A stretch of 63,998 nt of DNA, the filler included, from Jimgerdemannia flammicorona (taxonomy: Eukaryota), in the NCBI GenBank assembly GCA_003990765.1. It is 3 parts of 3 records of this genome, joined end to end, with 100 filler letters (N's around TTAATTAATTAA, not from the genome) between each part and the next. Parts side by side here need not be neighbours in the genome. Positions count along the whole stretch, not along the records: positions 21,554 to 43,000 come from RBNJ01001449.1; positions 43,101 to 63,998 come from RBNJ01001571.1; 1 more part is not named here. One strand, 5' to 3'. The translations under genes were made by a program, and so were the position numbers. Under the pieces are notes generated by a model. That model did not search any database. It was not told the DNA's origin and was given only the letters and a program-made list of their open reading frames with translations. This document shows positions 37,901-51,100 of the stretch, piece by piece (positions within the stretch are counted from its first letter, which is position 1; each line of letters starts with the position of its first letter).

Positions 37901-37990
37901 ATTTTTATTTGAGATTTATTTACTCTAAATACTGGGAATATTTATAGCTATAAAATAGTTAAGTTATAACTATATTTTCTATAAGTTACT
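34931..37990 (-). mobile_element. Element F 5' part (C/E family): LTR remnant ~37730-37990 and gag remnant, split by the solo B LTR
   Basis: 37850-37930 matches the C LTR (GAGTGAATAAA...GAACTAGTAAGTCTGC); 37043-37720 matches E gag 51230-51905. Confidence 0.65.
35065..37042 (-). mobile_element. Solo LTR of family B
   Basis: TG...CA ends, perfect ATTAT target duplication (35060-35064, 37043-37047), colinear with the B LTRs apart from a deletion near 35868. Confidence 0.95.
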
Positions 37991-39919
37991 TTTTATAAGT
38001 ATAGATCTTTAATATTTATAAAATTTTATCATTTGTTAAAGTTTCTATATTTGTGAAATAACTACTATTTATAAGGCTATATTATATTTGAGAATCAGAT
38101 TTAGGTATCATAATCAATATTAATATATTATAACAGTTGATCCAAATTAGAAATATGAATTAAGAGAATAAATATTTAATAGTAATTAGTTTTGTAATTA
38201 TAATTTTAGTTAAATAATTATTAAATATAATAATAATAATAATATTAGATTTAATTTAAAAAAGTTATAATATAAAATCTATTATATATAACTTACTCAA
38301 ACTTTTTAATAAAAATAAAAAGTAGATTGACTAATACTTAATTACTCAACTTATAATAATAGTTTAAAAGTTAAGAAGAACTTTATAATAAAGATTTTTA
38401 TTAACTAAAATATAGACTTAATATTTATAATAGATTTGATTGTTTTTAATAGTATATAAATTTTTAAACTTATTTGAGAAAACTCTAGTAGTAATAATAT
38501 TTTTTTATAAGTTTATTTAATTTAATTTAAGAATTCTAATATCAAGATAACTTATAATAATAATAAAATTTAAATATTATATATAATAGAGTATCTAATA
38601 TAACTAAGATTTTATCAAAGTTATAAATAATTATCAGATTAAAAGTTTATAAGATTTAACTTTATTTAGCTTATTGATATAATAGAGTAAATTAGATATT
38701 AATATATTTAAAAAGTAATTATATTAAACTCAACTTCTTCTAGATAATATTTTTAGATTTTAAATATATATATAATAACTAATAGTTCTTTTTATAAGTA
38801 GCTAGCTTCTATTTTACTAACCATAACTTGTATAACTTAAAAATAATAAGGTGATGATCTTTTCTATTATCTTAAGAAATAATCACACTAATTATAAAAT
38901 TAGATATATTAATGATAGCTAAAAATTTCAGACTAAAGTCTGAGATATGGTGCATACTCCTGTTTTAATTGTTGGAGGACATACAAAGTATCATATCACA
39001 TCACCAATATTGAAGAATTCTACTGTCAATAAAAATAAAAATAATAATAATATTAAATATCCCGCCAAGTCCGGTTCTGTGGGTGGCGTTTTCCCTAATG
39101 ACACTATAGAGTTTCCGACACACGGGATGCATGACAAAAAGGATAGATAAAATATATCTCCGACCATATTGATGGAATTGTTTTATGTATTATTGCTAAG
39201 GGCGGTCATTTGTGAGACCCACCGACAGAACGCATGCAGAAAAGATTTTACCAGCCCGTCTTTGCGAAGAAGCGAGGCCGCGAGCCAGAACAATTTCTTT
39301 CTAATGCAATGGCTCAAACATGGACATAGTACCCTGTTTTACGTTGTTCATGAGCCTTTTCCGTCGGTCAGAATTCGGGTTTCATGGTGTTCTAAATCAC
39401 GTGGCTTCGGAGGAAGAGTCTGGACTCTATCACAAAAAAAGCTTTAGGTTCAAACTAGGAGCGAGTGCGATTATTCTTGAAGTATTTTACTTGGCCTTAT
39501 GTTCTCGATGGCTCATCTGTTACAATGATGACCATTCCCTCTACACGGCGGTGAAACACTAGTTGGGTGTACAGTACAATGGTAATACGAACCACTCGCA
39601 AACATACCAGTATCCAGGTAAAATGAATAGGTAGGAGCAGGTCGCGCAAATTATTCGACGTCTGAATGACTATCGGTGCTCCGTCGCAAGTGCGTCATGG
39701 CATACATTTTGGTACATTTCTCATAGTTGAGTCATTGGGTCATTCAGCCAGTCCGCTCTACTGCTCCACTGCTCCACCATGCTCCGCAGCGCTTACTTGC
39801 GCAGTTTGTGAACACAAGCTGGAGGTGGCAGTCTGGGGGGTTCACTAAAGCGTCCACCGCACAACTCAGCAGTACCAGAATTATTTTTAGAAATTGTCTA
39901 TGACTTGCTTGTCACGATT

Positions 39920-40090
39920 GGGGCTGATATATGGGCTGGTGTACAGGCTGGTGTATAGGCTGGTGTTATGGGCTGTGTACAGGCTGGTGTACAGGCTGGT
40001 GTATAGGCTGGTGTTATGGGCTGTATATGGGCTGGTGTATAGGCTGGTGTATGGGCTGGTGTATAGGCTGGGTGTATAAGGGCTGGATGT
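39920..40090 (+). repeat. ~13-bp minisatellite (GGGCTGGTGTATA-like)
   Basis: About a dozen imperfect tandem units upstream of the MULE ATG. Confidence 0.85.
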
Positions 40091-40185
40091 ACTTATATAT
40101 ATATACCAATTATTTTAAATAACTTGTCAGTCTATCAGACCTTCTTTCTATACATCTACCCATCTTTCCTTCTACATATACTATA

Positions 40186-42931
40186 ATGGCTGAAATATTC
40201 CATCAACAATTTTTCAATGTTGAACAACCATTCCAAATTTCTGCACAAGAATTCAAAAAGCAGTGGCCACACATATCAAATATATGGTCAATTCAGACTA
40301 CAGGCAAACCCAAAAATGGCGATAGTTGGACAACATATATATGTCATCTGACAAAATGTGTAAAATCTAGTACATATCAAGATGGAGTTCCTGAAGAAAA
40401 GTACAGAAAAACCAAAATCTGTGAATCTGACTAGTGTTCTGCAAAAATCAAGATTACTCATTTGGAGACAATACAAATGGTACAAATCGAATGATACCAA
40501 AATTCACCTAATCATACACATACTCTTGAAGAAAGTGATATGCTAAAGCATTCTGAGGCTATCAAGACTTTAGTAGCTGAAGAAGCAAGCAAATTATATC
40601 ATCTACCTGCTATTACAGCTGCTGTCAAGGAAATTGCCACAAAATAATTCGGAGAAGAATCTGGAGTTGAACATCTGTATCGAATTGAGGTTGCCAACAT
40701 TTAGGCAAAAATTCGAGGTCCAATGAATATGCATCTGATTGGTGATGATAATCTGGAAAAAGACATTGAAGAAGCTACTAGTTATCTGAAGAACTGGTAA
40801 TATCAGGTGGACTATTTTCATTCTGGTGAACTAAAAAAAGGCTTTAGTTTTGCTAGATCAGAATAATTAACAAAGTTGATAAAATATGGCTGACTAACTC
40901 TAATTGATTCAACACACAATACTAATAAGTGGAAATAGTGCTTATTTATATTATATATTCGAGATGGTGTTGGATATTGAGACATCAGTGGTCATATCTT
41001 TATTAGTGATGAAGATAGCTTAATGGTCATAGCTGGACTAAAAAGAATTTGATCTATGACACCTAGATGGCAACCTTGATATATGTTATCTGACCAAAGC
41101 AACATTAAAGCAAATGGAATTATAATTGTATTTCCAGGAATTCAAGGAGGTGAACAAGAATGTGATATCATCTTATGTATAGTACATACTATGCATACAT
41201 AGATGAGAAAAATTTATCACACTCAAACATGTGCTAAGATGATCCTTGCAATATACAAGAGGACTCAAATTGGTTGTGATGCAGTTATTCAAGCTATCAA
41301 CAACTGTCCTGTTCAAGACGTCGCTCAGTATATTCGCAGAAATTATATGAAGAATACTAAGAAATGAGCATTGTGGGCCAGATAACACTCACCTTTATTA
41401 CTACAAATAACTTCAACCAATATACTTGAGTCTTATCACAGTGAACTGAAATCAATAACTTCAGTTACTTTTGGAATTATTGATATGTATAATTTTAATT
41501 CTGATTACTTGCTCATTTGTCACCCAATTGCTCATTTGCTGTGTGCTTGCTCACTTGCTCATTTGCCACTTACTCACTTGCTCGTTTGCCACTTGCTCAC
41601 TTGCTCGTTTGCCACTTGCTCAATTGCTCATTTGTCACTTGCTCAATTGTTTGTTTGCTGCTCACTCAATTGCTCATTTGCCACATACTCACTCACTTGC
41701 TCATTTGCCACTTGCTCACTTGCTCATTTGCCACCCGCTCACTTGCTTGTTTGTGGCTTGCTCACTCACTTGCTCATTTGCGGCTTGCTTACTTACTCGT
41801 TTACTGCTTGCTCACTTGTTCATTTGCCGCTTGCTCAATTGCTCATTTGCCACTTGCTCAATTGTTCATTTAGTGCTCGCTCAATTACTTGTTTGCTGCG
41901 TGCTTGCTCACTTGCTCATTTGCTACTTACTCACTTGCTCGTTTGCTGCCTGCTCACTTGCTCATTTGCGGCTTGCTCGTTTGCAGCTTGCTCACTTGCT
42001 TATTTGCCATTCATTCAATTGCTCATTTGCCACTTGCTCAATTGTTCATTTGCCACTTGCTCAATTGATTATTTGCTGTATGCTCACTCACTTGCTCATT
42101 TGTCACTTGTTCACTTGCTCATTTGCTGTCTGCTCACTTGCTTGTTTGTGGCTTGCTCACTCACTTGCTCATTTGTGGCTTGCTCACTTGCTCATTTGCT
42201 GCTCACTCAATTGCTCATTTGTCACTCACTCAATTGTTTGTTTGCCACTCACTCAATTGCTCATTTGCCGTGTACTCGCTCACTTACTTGTTTGCTGCTC
42301 TCTTATACCAATTTTTTTTTCCTCCTCTTTTTTTTCAATATTATTAGGAGCTACTTACAAAATAATTAAAATTGATAACAAGAAGTATGGTGATTCAGAA
42401 AAGGCAGCTTTTATTTTTTGCACCAGCAGAATTTCTTTGGCTGATATTTCTGAAGATATTTTGGATGAAATTTACAAATTTCCATATCTAGTACAAAAAT
42501 TAATTGGTAATGAAGCTCTTGCCATAGCATCAAGATTAGAGAAGGGTAAGACAGTTCCTGACTTAAAAACTACAGAGTGTTACTGTTGATTTTTTACTCA
42601 TTATCTAGTACCTTGTAGACATATTTTTCATGAGAACATTTATGGTACAAAGCTTCTTAGTCCAGAATGCTGGATGAGATTTCAATAACTTTTTAGTGAA
42701 AATAGTTTTGAGATTTATCAAAGTTGTGAGTTAGTAGAAATACCACAAATTCTTCAAACAGAAGAGAAGAGAGAGGCTAACAAATGTTGCCTAGCATTCA
42801 ATGAATTGTTAGAAAGACTGAGAGATCAGTATTTTAAAATAGAAGAAACTGGAAATATCAGATAGACTGATAATTTTGTAAATATCTTAGCAGCTACTTT
42901 AAATCCTGTATTTATAGCTCAAGATGAATAG
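40186..42931 (+). pseudogene. Mutator-like (MULE) transposase with SWIM zinc finger; intron ~41483-42347
   Basis: N-terminal C...CSAKIK...HTH zinc motif; LIDSTHNTNK, MLSDQS, LCIVH, STNILESYHSELK DDE signature; SWIM CYC*FF..YLVPCRHIF; frame joins as FGII-G-ATY across the intron (donor mutated to ATATGT, acceptor TTATTAG). Confidence 0.85.
41505..42300 (+). repeat. Complex satellite (TTGCTCA/CTTGCTCATTTGC) inside the MULE intron
   Basis: ~800 bp of imperfect 7-8-nt units. Confidence 0.9.
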
Positions 42932-43000
42932 TTTTATTATCTTCTATTATCATTTATTTTATTTTTGCAAGATTCTTTTTTTTTTTTTTTTTTCTTTTTT

Positions 43001-43100
43001 NNNNNNNNNNNNNNNNNNNNNNNNNNNNNNNNNNNNNNNNNNNNTTAATTAATTAANNNNNNNNNNNNNNNNNNNNNNNNNNNNNNNNNNNNNNNNNNNN
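43001..43100. other. Artificial gap/linker
   Basis: N44-TTAATTAATTAA-N44. Confidence 0.95.
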
Positions 43101-46100
43101 TTTATAGTCACTTGGACTCTGACATTTATTATCAGTCTATTAATAAGTATATAGTATTTCCTCCCACTATCCAATTCCCATAGGAGAGCCTCTGCCCACC
43201 TACTCCTGAACAAAGACCACCTTCTCACCAACTATTCCAACTCTTCTCCCACTCTGTCTATAGATTTTCTCTACCAATTGATATCTCCAACTACCCTGCA
43301 ACCCCCAACCAAGTCATCAGCCCATCAAGGTGTCTTCCATAAGGCTATGCTACTGCAGCAGCTGGACCCCCAAGCCCAGTCTCCTCCCCTCCTCAAAAAT
43401 GAATAGCCAGTGGCTGGCCAGCCCCACCCATATGGTGAGTACCTAGCCCAGCATGAGCTATTCCTTTCCCACCCCCCTCACCAGTCTATCCCTCAAATTC
43501 TCTCACTGCCCCCACATGCCACCTCTCTGGCCCCCTACCCCCAAATGATCCCCAATAGTCTGCCAAAAGTCACTAAGTACCTCACACTCTCCTAGCCAAT
43601 GTTCAGGCATCTGCATATATTCTTCTTCTATTCCCACATTATAGCACTTCTCACAGTTGAAACAGCCTCTCTTGATAAGATAACCTGAGCAGTAGTTGAG
43701 CATTACATTCCTCCTCAGCATACACCACCAAGTCACTCAGTACTTTGGTGGTATCTATCTTCTCACCTCCACACTCCAGGCCCAAATACCATACCAGGCC
43801 CAATCTTTGCCAATTCCAACACCTTGCCAACCACTGGGCCACAGATCCTGGCCTGGTCCCCTCTGACACTCTATTCCATCACTAATGTTGAACTTGAGTA
43901 AGGAAATGCCACCCAGCAGCACCTGGTCCATCTCCACATTGCCAGGTCCCAATCTACCTCTCCTTTATTTCCTTGCCAACGAATTCCAATATAGTGCACC
44001 CCTTCTGCCACCCCCCACCAGAAGTCTTTATATTACAATTGTTCAGTATTCCTAAGACCAACCAAGGATAGGAGATCTCCAGTCAAGCCTCATGGCAAGG
44101 TCCTCATCTCCCAGACCTTCTGCAGTAGGGGAACCCAATCTCCTCCTCTCAGCTCTACAGCTCTCTTCAGCCATTATGCTCTCAAGCAGTGGAGTCTTTT
44201 TGGAAAGTCAACCAGCCTAAGTCCACTACTTGCCACTGGTAAGAACAAGACCTCCCAGCTGATCTGACTCCTTCTTCCAGCCCAGATCCATCCCTTGGCC
44301 AGCTTTATCAATCTCTTCACCACCCAAGCTAGGAAGTCCAGATGATAAGCCAGATACTATAACTTCGGCAACCAGTATACATTCAAAATTGAGATATGCC
44401 CTACCAGTGACAATTGATGGCCCCCCCAACTCTGCAGGGCCTTCCCCCAGATTCTAACCCACTGCTCCCACCAAAGCTTGGGTAGAACTGACCCATACAC
44501 CAATAGAAAGATACCCAAGTACCACACTGCCTTACCAGCAGGAATGATCATTCCAATAACCTCCCCTCCCACCAGACCATTGCCTAACACTATTGTTTCA
44601 CACTTATGCCAGTTGAACTTCACCCCAGAGTTCTCCTCATACCACTCCACTGTCTTCTTGAGCTCCTCAACATCAGCAATTGATCTCAGTCCAACCACCA
44701 TATCATCTGCAAAGGCCCCTACTTTTCACCCAATACCAAAGATGGAGAGCCCTACTATCTTCTGCCTGATTCTATCTATTAAGAGTTCCAGTGACAGGGT
44801 ATATAGAATGGGGGACAATGGGTCCCCCTGAGGCACTCCCCTATCCAGGGGAAATGCTACCCCTCTATGTCCATTATACATGAGTACAGCCCTACTCCCT
44901 TCCAGTAGACTGATGATCACTGACCAGAACTGGTATGGAACCTCAGTCCTGTCCAATACTCTCACCAGCCAGACTTGCTGCACCTGGTCATAAGCCTTCT
45001 CTTGGTCCAAAAGACCAGGTGCCCATCCAATCCATAAGCTCATGCCCCTTCAATAACTCCATGTATCCAGGCTGTGCCATCCCTAATGAGCCAGCTACCT
45101 ACAAAGCTCCTCTGCTCAACACCCAAGACTTACTGGGCCACCTTTTGTAGCCTTGTGACCACCACCTTAGTAACCAACTTTCTGTCCATATCCAGCAGCA
45201 TAATTGGTCTCCAATTCTTCCAATCCTCTCACCTTCCTTTGTTCTTATAAAGTAATGTCACTAACTCCAGATCCTGTTCTCCCAACCATTTCCCTGTCTG
45301 TAGAATGAAATCACACATTGCCATCATCTCACTCAGTACTCCTGGGATCCCAACCATCTTCTTCCGGAAGTCCCAGGACAAACCATCCTCCACAGGCACC
45401 ATACCTAGTGATGTCATGGCAAGAACCTGGTGGATCTCCTCTTCTTGTATGGGCAGCACCAAGTCTCCAACCCCATCTACTTGTGGAGGGTGCCAATCTT
45501 CTAATGTATGGCCAATGGCATCTGCATCCACCCCACCCTCCTCCTCACTCCACAACTCACTCCAATGTTCCTTTAAAGATTCAAGAATATCATGTATACT
45601 ATGCACCAGTATACCATCCGAGTTGAGCACCCCCTCCCACCTCTGCTGCACCCTCCTTGCCTGAAGGGCTCTCATGAGATACTTTGAGGGTCTCTCTCCT
45701 TCTTCCAGACCCTGCCAACAGAGCCACACCACCAAGCTTTGCACCTTCACCTCTTCCCTCCTGCAGTATCTGTTGTAGTTTGCCAACCTCCTTTTTTGCC
45801 CTCATAGATCTCCAATCCAATGTCACCAGCCTTGCCCAATCCTCCAAAAGTCTAGACAGTCTACTAGAAGCCCATCTCACTCATCACCTTCTCTGTTTCC
45901 CAGCCTCCTTGCCAGCCTCACTCCAGTAGGTCCTGGCCATCTCTTTTATCTATAACTACTGAACACTAACTGGAGTACCTTCTCATCTCCAGCACTCTAC
46001 CCTCAGTTGAATTTCTGCAGCCCACTCATCCCACCAGATCTTATTGTCTAATTGAGGCACCAATGTCCAGGCCCATCCCCACTCCCCCCAAATTGCCCCT

Positions 46101-48920
46101 ATCCTAAAAGCCCCCAATGATCTGACCAAGGATATCATTCCACCTCCAGTGACTTCCAAATATCCAAGCCTCAGCAGCTGGCCATCAGGATCCAATCAAT
46201 TCTCATCCTCAAGCCCCCTGCCCAATGCATGTATATTCTTCTATCCCCCCAGTACCCCCTGCCCACATCCACCAGAGCACTCAGCCTTTCCACTTCCTCC
46301 TATACTGCCAGTTCTCCACTCTGACTCTCAGCACTCCGTCCTCTATCTGTTCTGTCCAACAATACATCTCAGACCATATTGTAGTCTCTACCCAGCATAT
46401 CCACTCTAGTCTTTGCAAGGATCCCACTCTTCTGAAGGCCCTTCACCCAATCCATATGCTCACTCCATACTGTGGAGCAGTAATAAGAGCCCACTGTAAC
46501 TGGCTCTCATCCTGAATATATCCACTCACCCCAGACCAATCTATCTCCCCAGCTCTGCATGTCCCTTATCTCTCCTCTGCCTTTCCATACCAGAATCCCA
46601 ACCTTGCCTTTCCAAACCACCTCCCCTCCCCATTTCTTTGTCCATTCCAGTCTATCCAAATCATTATCACACCTGACATCCTGCAAGAGGAAGAGATTGG
46701 CCTCCAATCCCTTCAGCTAAGTAAAAATGTTCCTGCATCTATCAGCCCTCCATAACCCATTCACATTCAAAAAAAAAATGTTGATTGTACTATTCATAAT
46801 GAAGTAAGGTGTGTTAATTCAGTCCAATCCTACTGCTCCATATTCATCTCTTCCTGTACTATGTCCAGATTATGTTCAGCCATCACTGCCTCCTCCTCAG
46901 CCCACTGAGCCTCCAGTCCTGCCAACAGCTCATTCATCTCCCTATCTGCCTTCTCCTCAAACTCCTCTTGGTACTCCAGACAGGCCTCCTGTCAGAGCTA
47001 TAATCTATGGTACTTGGTCCAACAGTATCTGGCCCTCTCACCAGCAACCCCTGCTAGCTCAGTCTCCCACTCCTTATCTACTTCATACCTTTCCTCCTCC
47101 AGGTATACTGCAAGGATCTCTGCCTTCAATGTCAACTCCACCCCATCTCCCTGCAGGACCCATGCCCAATGCTCATTGCTCATTACTCTCAAGTCCACCT
47201 CCCCCAGCTCTTCAGCTGTCAGATCGTTCATCATTCTACACACCCAAAGTAGGTTTCCTACCTTCTTCCCTCCTGGGGTCGCTGGTCTCCTACCATCCAA
47301 CATTATGGTATCAGCCCTGGCACTCACTGCCTCATCCCACATCTCTGGGACATCCACCAGTTCCTCCTTGCCAACTGCCTCCACCTGTCCCCCATTTGCC
47401 ACTACTGGAACTCCAAATTGCACTTGCTGGGCCCCCTTCATAGGCACATTCTCCCCCACCCTACTCTGGGAAGCCAGACCTCTCCTGATGAGCAGAGTAG
47501 GGGTAGGTAATTCCTCCCAGTCCTCTTCCCAGACCTCAAGTATACCATCAGCATATGAGTCACTGCTAACTACCTTCCTGCTCTCTTCTGATCCTTTCCC
47601 CACACTCCTACTATCTTTGCCAGCCCAGACACTTGCTTTGGCACCCCTTGTTTCCACCATTCCACCTGCCTTCTTCTGCAGTCAACTTTCCATCTTGACC
47701 AGTAACTCCTTCTAATACTTATGTCCTTGAGCTTTTTCTCATTGTATCTTATCTACTCTAATCCACTTCCCATCCACTACCTCCAAGTGTGTTGACTCCT
47801 CAAAAGCCTTCCAAGCCTTTGTCTGCCACTCTACTGCTCCACTCAGTTCTTCTAGTACCTCCAGCAAGTTCTCTTCCTCCTCCTCACTCCCCTTCACCCT
47901 TATCACCTTGCACAAGATCGCCCCCCAGACCATCCCTGAAGGTCAGTCCCTTGCCTTCCCAGTAGCTTCTTTCTCTGCCAGCTGAATCCTCACATCCACA
48001 TCTTCCATCCTGAGCAAGGTCCCCTCCCAGACTCTGAAACTGATATCCATCACCTCTCCATACTCCGCCATGACCTCCTTGACTCTCCTTCTTATCTCCA
48101 ATGCTGTCACCATGGGCACTTCTTTCACCAGCAGTTGGACCACCCTGGGGTCCAATTTCAGGCAGTGTGCCATTGGGACACATACCTTCTCAACTATCAA
48201 TCTAACCTTCAGCACTTCCTTTAGGGGCTCAGCCTCCTCAAAACCCACCTCCACTCCCTCCAAATCCTTCAGGAACTTTATAGATGCTGCTCTAGCCACC
48301 TGCTTGGTGATAAGCCCCAGCACCATTTTCACTATTACTGCTAGACCCTAGAAGTACAATATCACCATAAATACCAAGATCGATTTCTTGAGTAATGGTG
48401 CCACTAGTAGACCCATTATATCATCTGCCAAATCACCTTGTCTTCCAAGCCTCAGTTGCTCAGCCATCTCATCAGTAGTCACATCTGGATTTTTTTCCAG
48501 ATTGGCAGTCCCATCACCATCAGCCATCATGTTTCCCCCAGCTGCTACTCCCCCAGCTCCACTGCCCACACTACCAAGGGCTACTTCCCGATAAATGGCT
48601 GGCTTCTCCATCTCCTTGCCTTTCCTCAGCCAATCCTCCAGCCTAGTCGCCTACTGTCTCTCCTTCACCATCTCTGCAAAGCTCACCCTCCCAGACCCCT
48701 GTCCTCCACTACTGCCTCCTCCCCCTCTTCAACCTCTTGCCAACAACCCCCTCATGCCTCCCCCCAGGCCAGAACTTCTCCCCACCTGCTGCCAGTCAAA
48801 CATGCTAGGGCCACTCTGCCCAGTACACACTCCAGATTGCTTACTATTTGCCATTGCCTTAGTACCTTTCTCTAATAAATGACTTGAAAGTGTATTGTAA
48901 AGTGTGTGTAATGTGAGTAG
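43101..48920 (-). mobile_element. Near full-length L1/Tx1-type LINE, copy 2 (ORF1 ~48854-46814, ORF2 46797-~43167)
   Basis: RRM-like ORF1 VQLLVKEVP...EYGEVMDISF; ORF2 MNSTINIF..., LFLLQDV, LDQEKAYD, GVPQGDPLSP, FADD, EHWLGEC; homologous to copies 1 and 3. Confidence 0.9.
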
Positions 48921-48989
48921 TAGCTGAGAAAGGTGACTCATTGACTATTTGCAGACCTCATTAACTTCTCCATTCTGGACATCAAGTCA

Positions 48990-49125
48990 TCAGCAACCAC
49001 TCCTTCAATTACTAGTAAGAATAGTAACAATGAGTTAGATAAGGAGGAGGATTCTCCAACCACCCCTTCAATTACTGGCAGGGATAGTAATAATGAGTTG
49101 GATGAGGAGGAGAATTCTCCACCTA
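48990..49125 (+). repeat. Two tandem ~63-bp units
   Basis: CAACCACYCCTTCAATTACTRGYARG...GAGGAGRATTCTCC present twice. Confidence 0.7.
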
Positions 49126-49529
49126 CCTCTCCCATAGTTCTCAATTTTCAAATTTATACAGATATTGACTTTTAAGATGAGAAGAATATAATAGAATGAG
49201 GTAAATAGTTAAGATATGATAAATGATAAGTAATTATGTGACCTGGTGATGATATTATGATTAAGTATGACATATGAATGATAAATATAATGAATAAGAT
49301 ACAGATAATACAAATAATACAATAAATGATATCCAGCTTATCTCTAGCAATTAGTACTATAGCAAAAGCACAGCAACTGATTATTACCTAATAATAAAAG
49401 TTCTGATTACAAAGTATTCCTAATTACAAACTATCTGATAAAGATCACAATTACAAATCTCATCCATAGTTACCAAATTAGTCACTCATAATTAGTCAGA
49501 AATTATGAATTAACTTATATAAATACTAC

Positions 49530-50110
49530 CCAGTTTCTATCTGAAATAAGATAGTTTTAGTTCAGTCCTTGATATAAGAATCCAGTCTCTCTCTACACAT
49601 ATATATTCTCCTGAGTCTTAGTAATAATATCTAAGTAACTCTAGTATTTTTGACTAAACTCTAAAAGTCTAGCTAACTTCTATCAGAACTGAGACCAGTA
49701 TATATATCACAAAGACTTAAGTAAATCTCTTATTGAATTAGAATTCCAAGGTAAATTCAGTCTATGCACAGTAAAGAACAAGTTTCTTATAACTGTAGTT
49801 ACCTGAAGAGTACTACTACTATAACTACTTTTAAGTAAGTGCTTCCTTATACTGAAGACTTCTTAGTATACTTATGTACTAAGTCTCTAAGTAATATCTT
49901 ATTTCCCTAATTATCCAAAGATAAGAGAAAGATAGAAATAAAAGTTATTATAATAAGAATATTCTAGTGAAGTCTTAGTGTTAAGAGAGAATTTCTAAGT
50001 ATTTAAAAGATACTGAAATATTGTAGAATATTCCAAAAAAAATAAAATAAGACTAGAGAAAAAGATATAAAAATAGACTATGATTAGAAAATACTAAGAA
50101 ATTATTATAA
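49530..50110 (-). repeat. Possible degraded solo LTR distantly related to the D LTR
   Basis: 49955-50110 resembles D LTR 25175-25325; left boundary uncertain. Confidence 0.35.
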
Positions 50111-50292
50111 CTAATCTTTCAACTAATAAAATAACTTACAAAAATAGAAGTCTTAACTTAGTTACTATATAGTTAGCAAACTTATATAAATATCTCTAGT
50201 ATCTAGAGTAAATAAACCTAAGATCAAAATAGTTCAAACAAAGAGACAAGAAACTAGTAAGTCTGCAAATAGATATATATACTTCAAACTTA

Positions 50293-51100
50293 TATAGAGT
50301 TTCAACAAGAGGTAAGACAGAATCTGTAGCCAATGAGCTGGTAGTTAGTAGATATTAATAAGAAGTAGAACTAGACTAGAGTCTAATCTTGAAGTACTGA
50401 GATATAGTAGTAGCTTTCTCCAAAGTTCTGAGTAGTATAGTGGTATATTTTAAGGAGAAATATTATGTTGAATTTTAGATTAGAATACTTAATAGAAGGA
50501 GGGGTTTTTGAGTATAAAGATTATTATAATATTAAGCAGAAGAGAAGAATTATACAGAAACCAGAACATCGATTAAGAGAGTATAAGATACTTAGTAACT
50601 TCTGAGTAATAGTTAAAAATTGTCTAGAGATATAGTAGTGAGATATATATAGTAGAGAGAGATAGAGATGAGATAACTTGAGAGAGTAGTTGGTGAAATA
50701 TATTGGTAATGAGTGGCTTACTGTTGGATGGATATTGATAATATGAGTGAGGTTGACTGAATACTAGCAAAATGTATTTGAGGATAGGAGTCAGATAGTT
50801 TTGAGAAAAAGGATATCAAGGTAAGAGAAGTTGATATTAGATATTCTGTCAGACTAGTAGAGGGAGTAGGGTCCTCAAGAGAGTTACTATAGATATCTGA
50901 TAGAAAGAATATAAGAGAAGTAGTGGGTAGATTGTAGTGATTAATTATCTGGTAGTTTTAAAAGAGTGAGGGTGGGGAAGAGAAAGTATATTAGAGTAAG
51001 ATAAGATGGAATTGAGTTGGAGTTACTGGTATAATATGAGAACTATATGTTTTTTTATAGATTAGTTGATAAAGAGACCTAGTATTTATGAAATATATAT
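50293..51100 (+). mobile_element. Short 5'-truncated LINE 3' fragment in the E LTR
   Basis: ~20-bp duplication ATATATATACTTCAAACTYA (50273-50292, 51101-51120); CCAGAACATCGATTAAGAGAGTAT (~50561) resembles the PEHWLGEC-coding stretch of the LINEs. Confidence 0.6.

Noticed and set aside
39169..39848. Short ORFs as host genes
   Set aside because: Under 100 aa, overlapping, with no recognisable motifs.
41471..42589. 372-aa and 294-aa Cys/His/Leu-rich ORFs
   Set aside because: Translations of the stop-poor TTGCTCA satellite; only the part after 42347 is real MULE coding sequence.
42976..43000. Poly(T) as the tail of LINE copy 2
   Set aside because: Plausible but separated from the LINE by the artificial linker, so unsupported.
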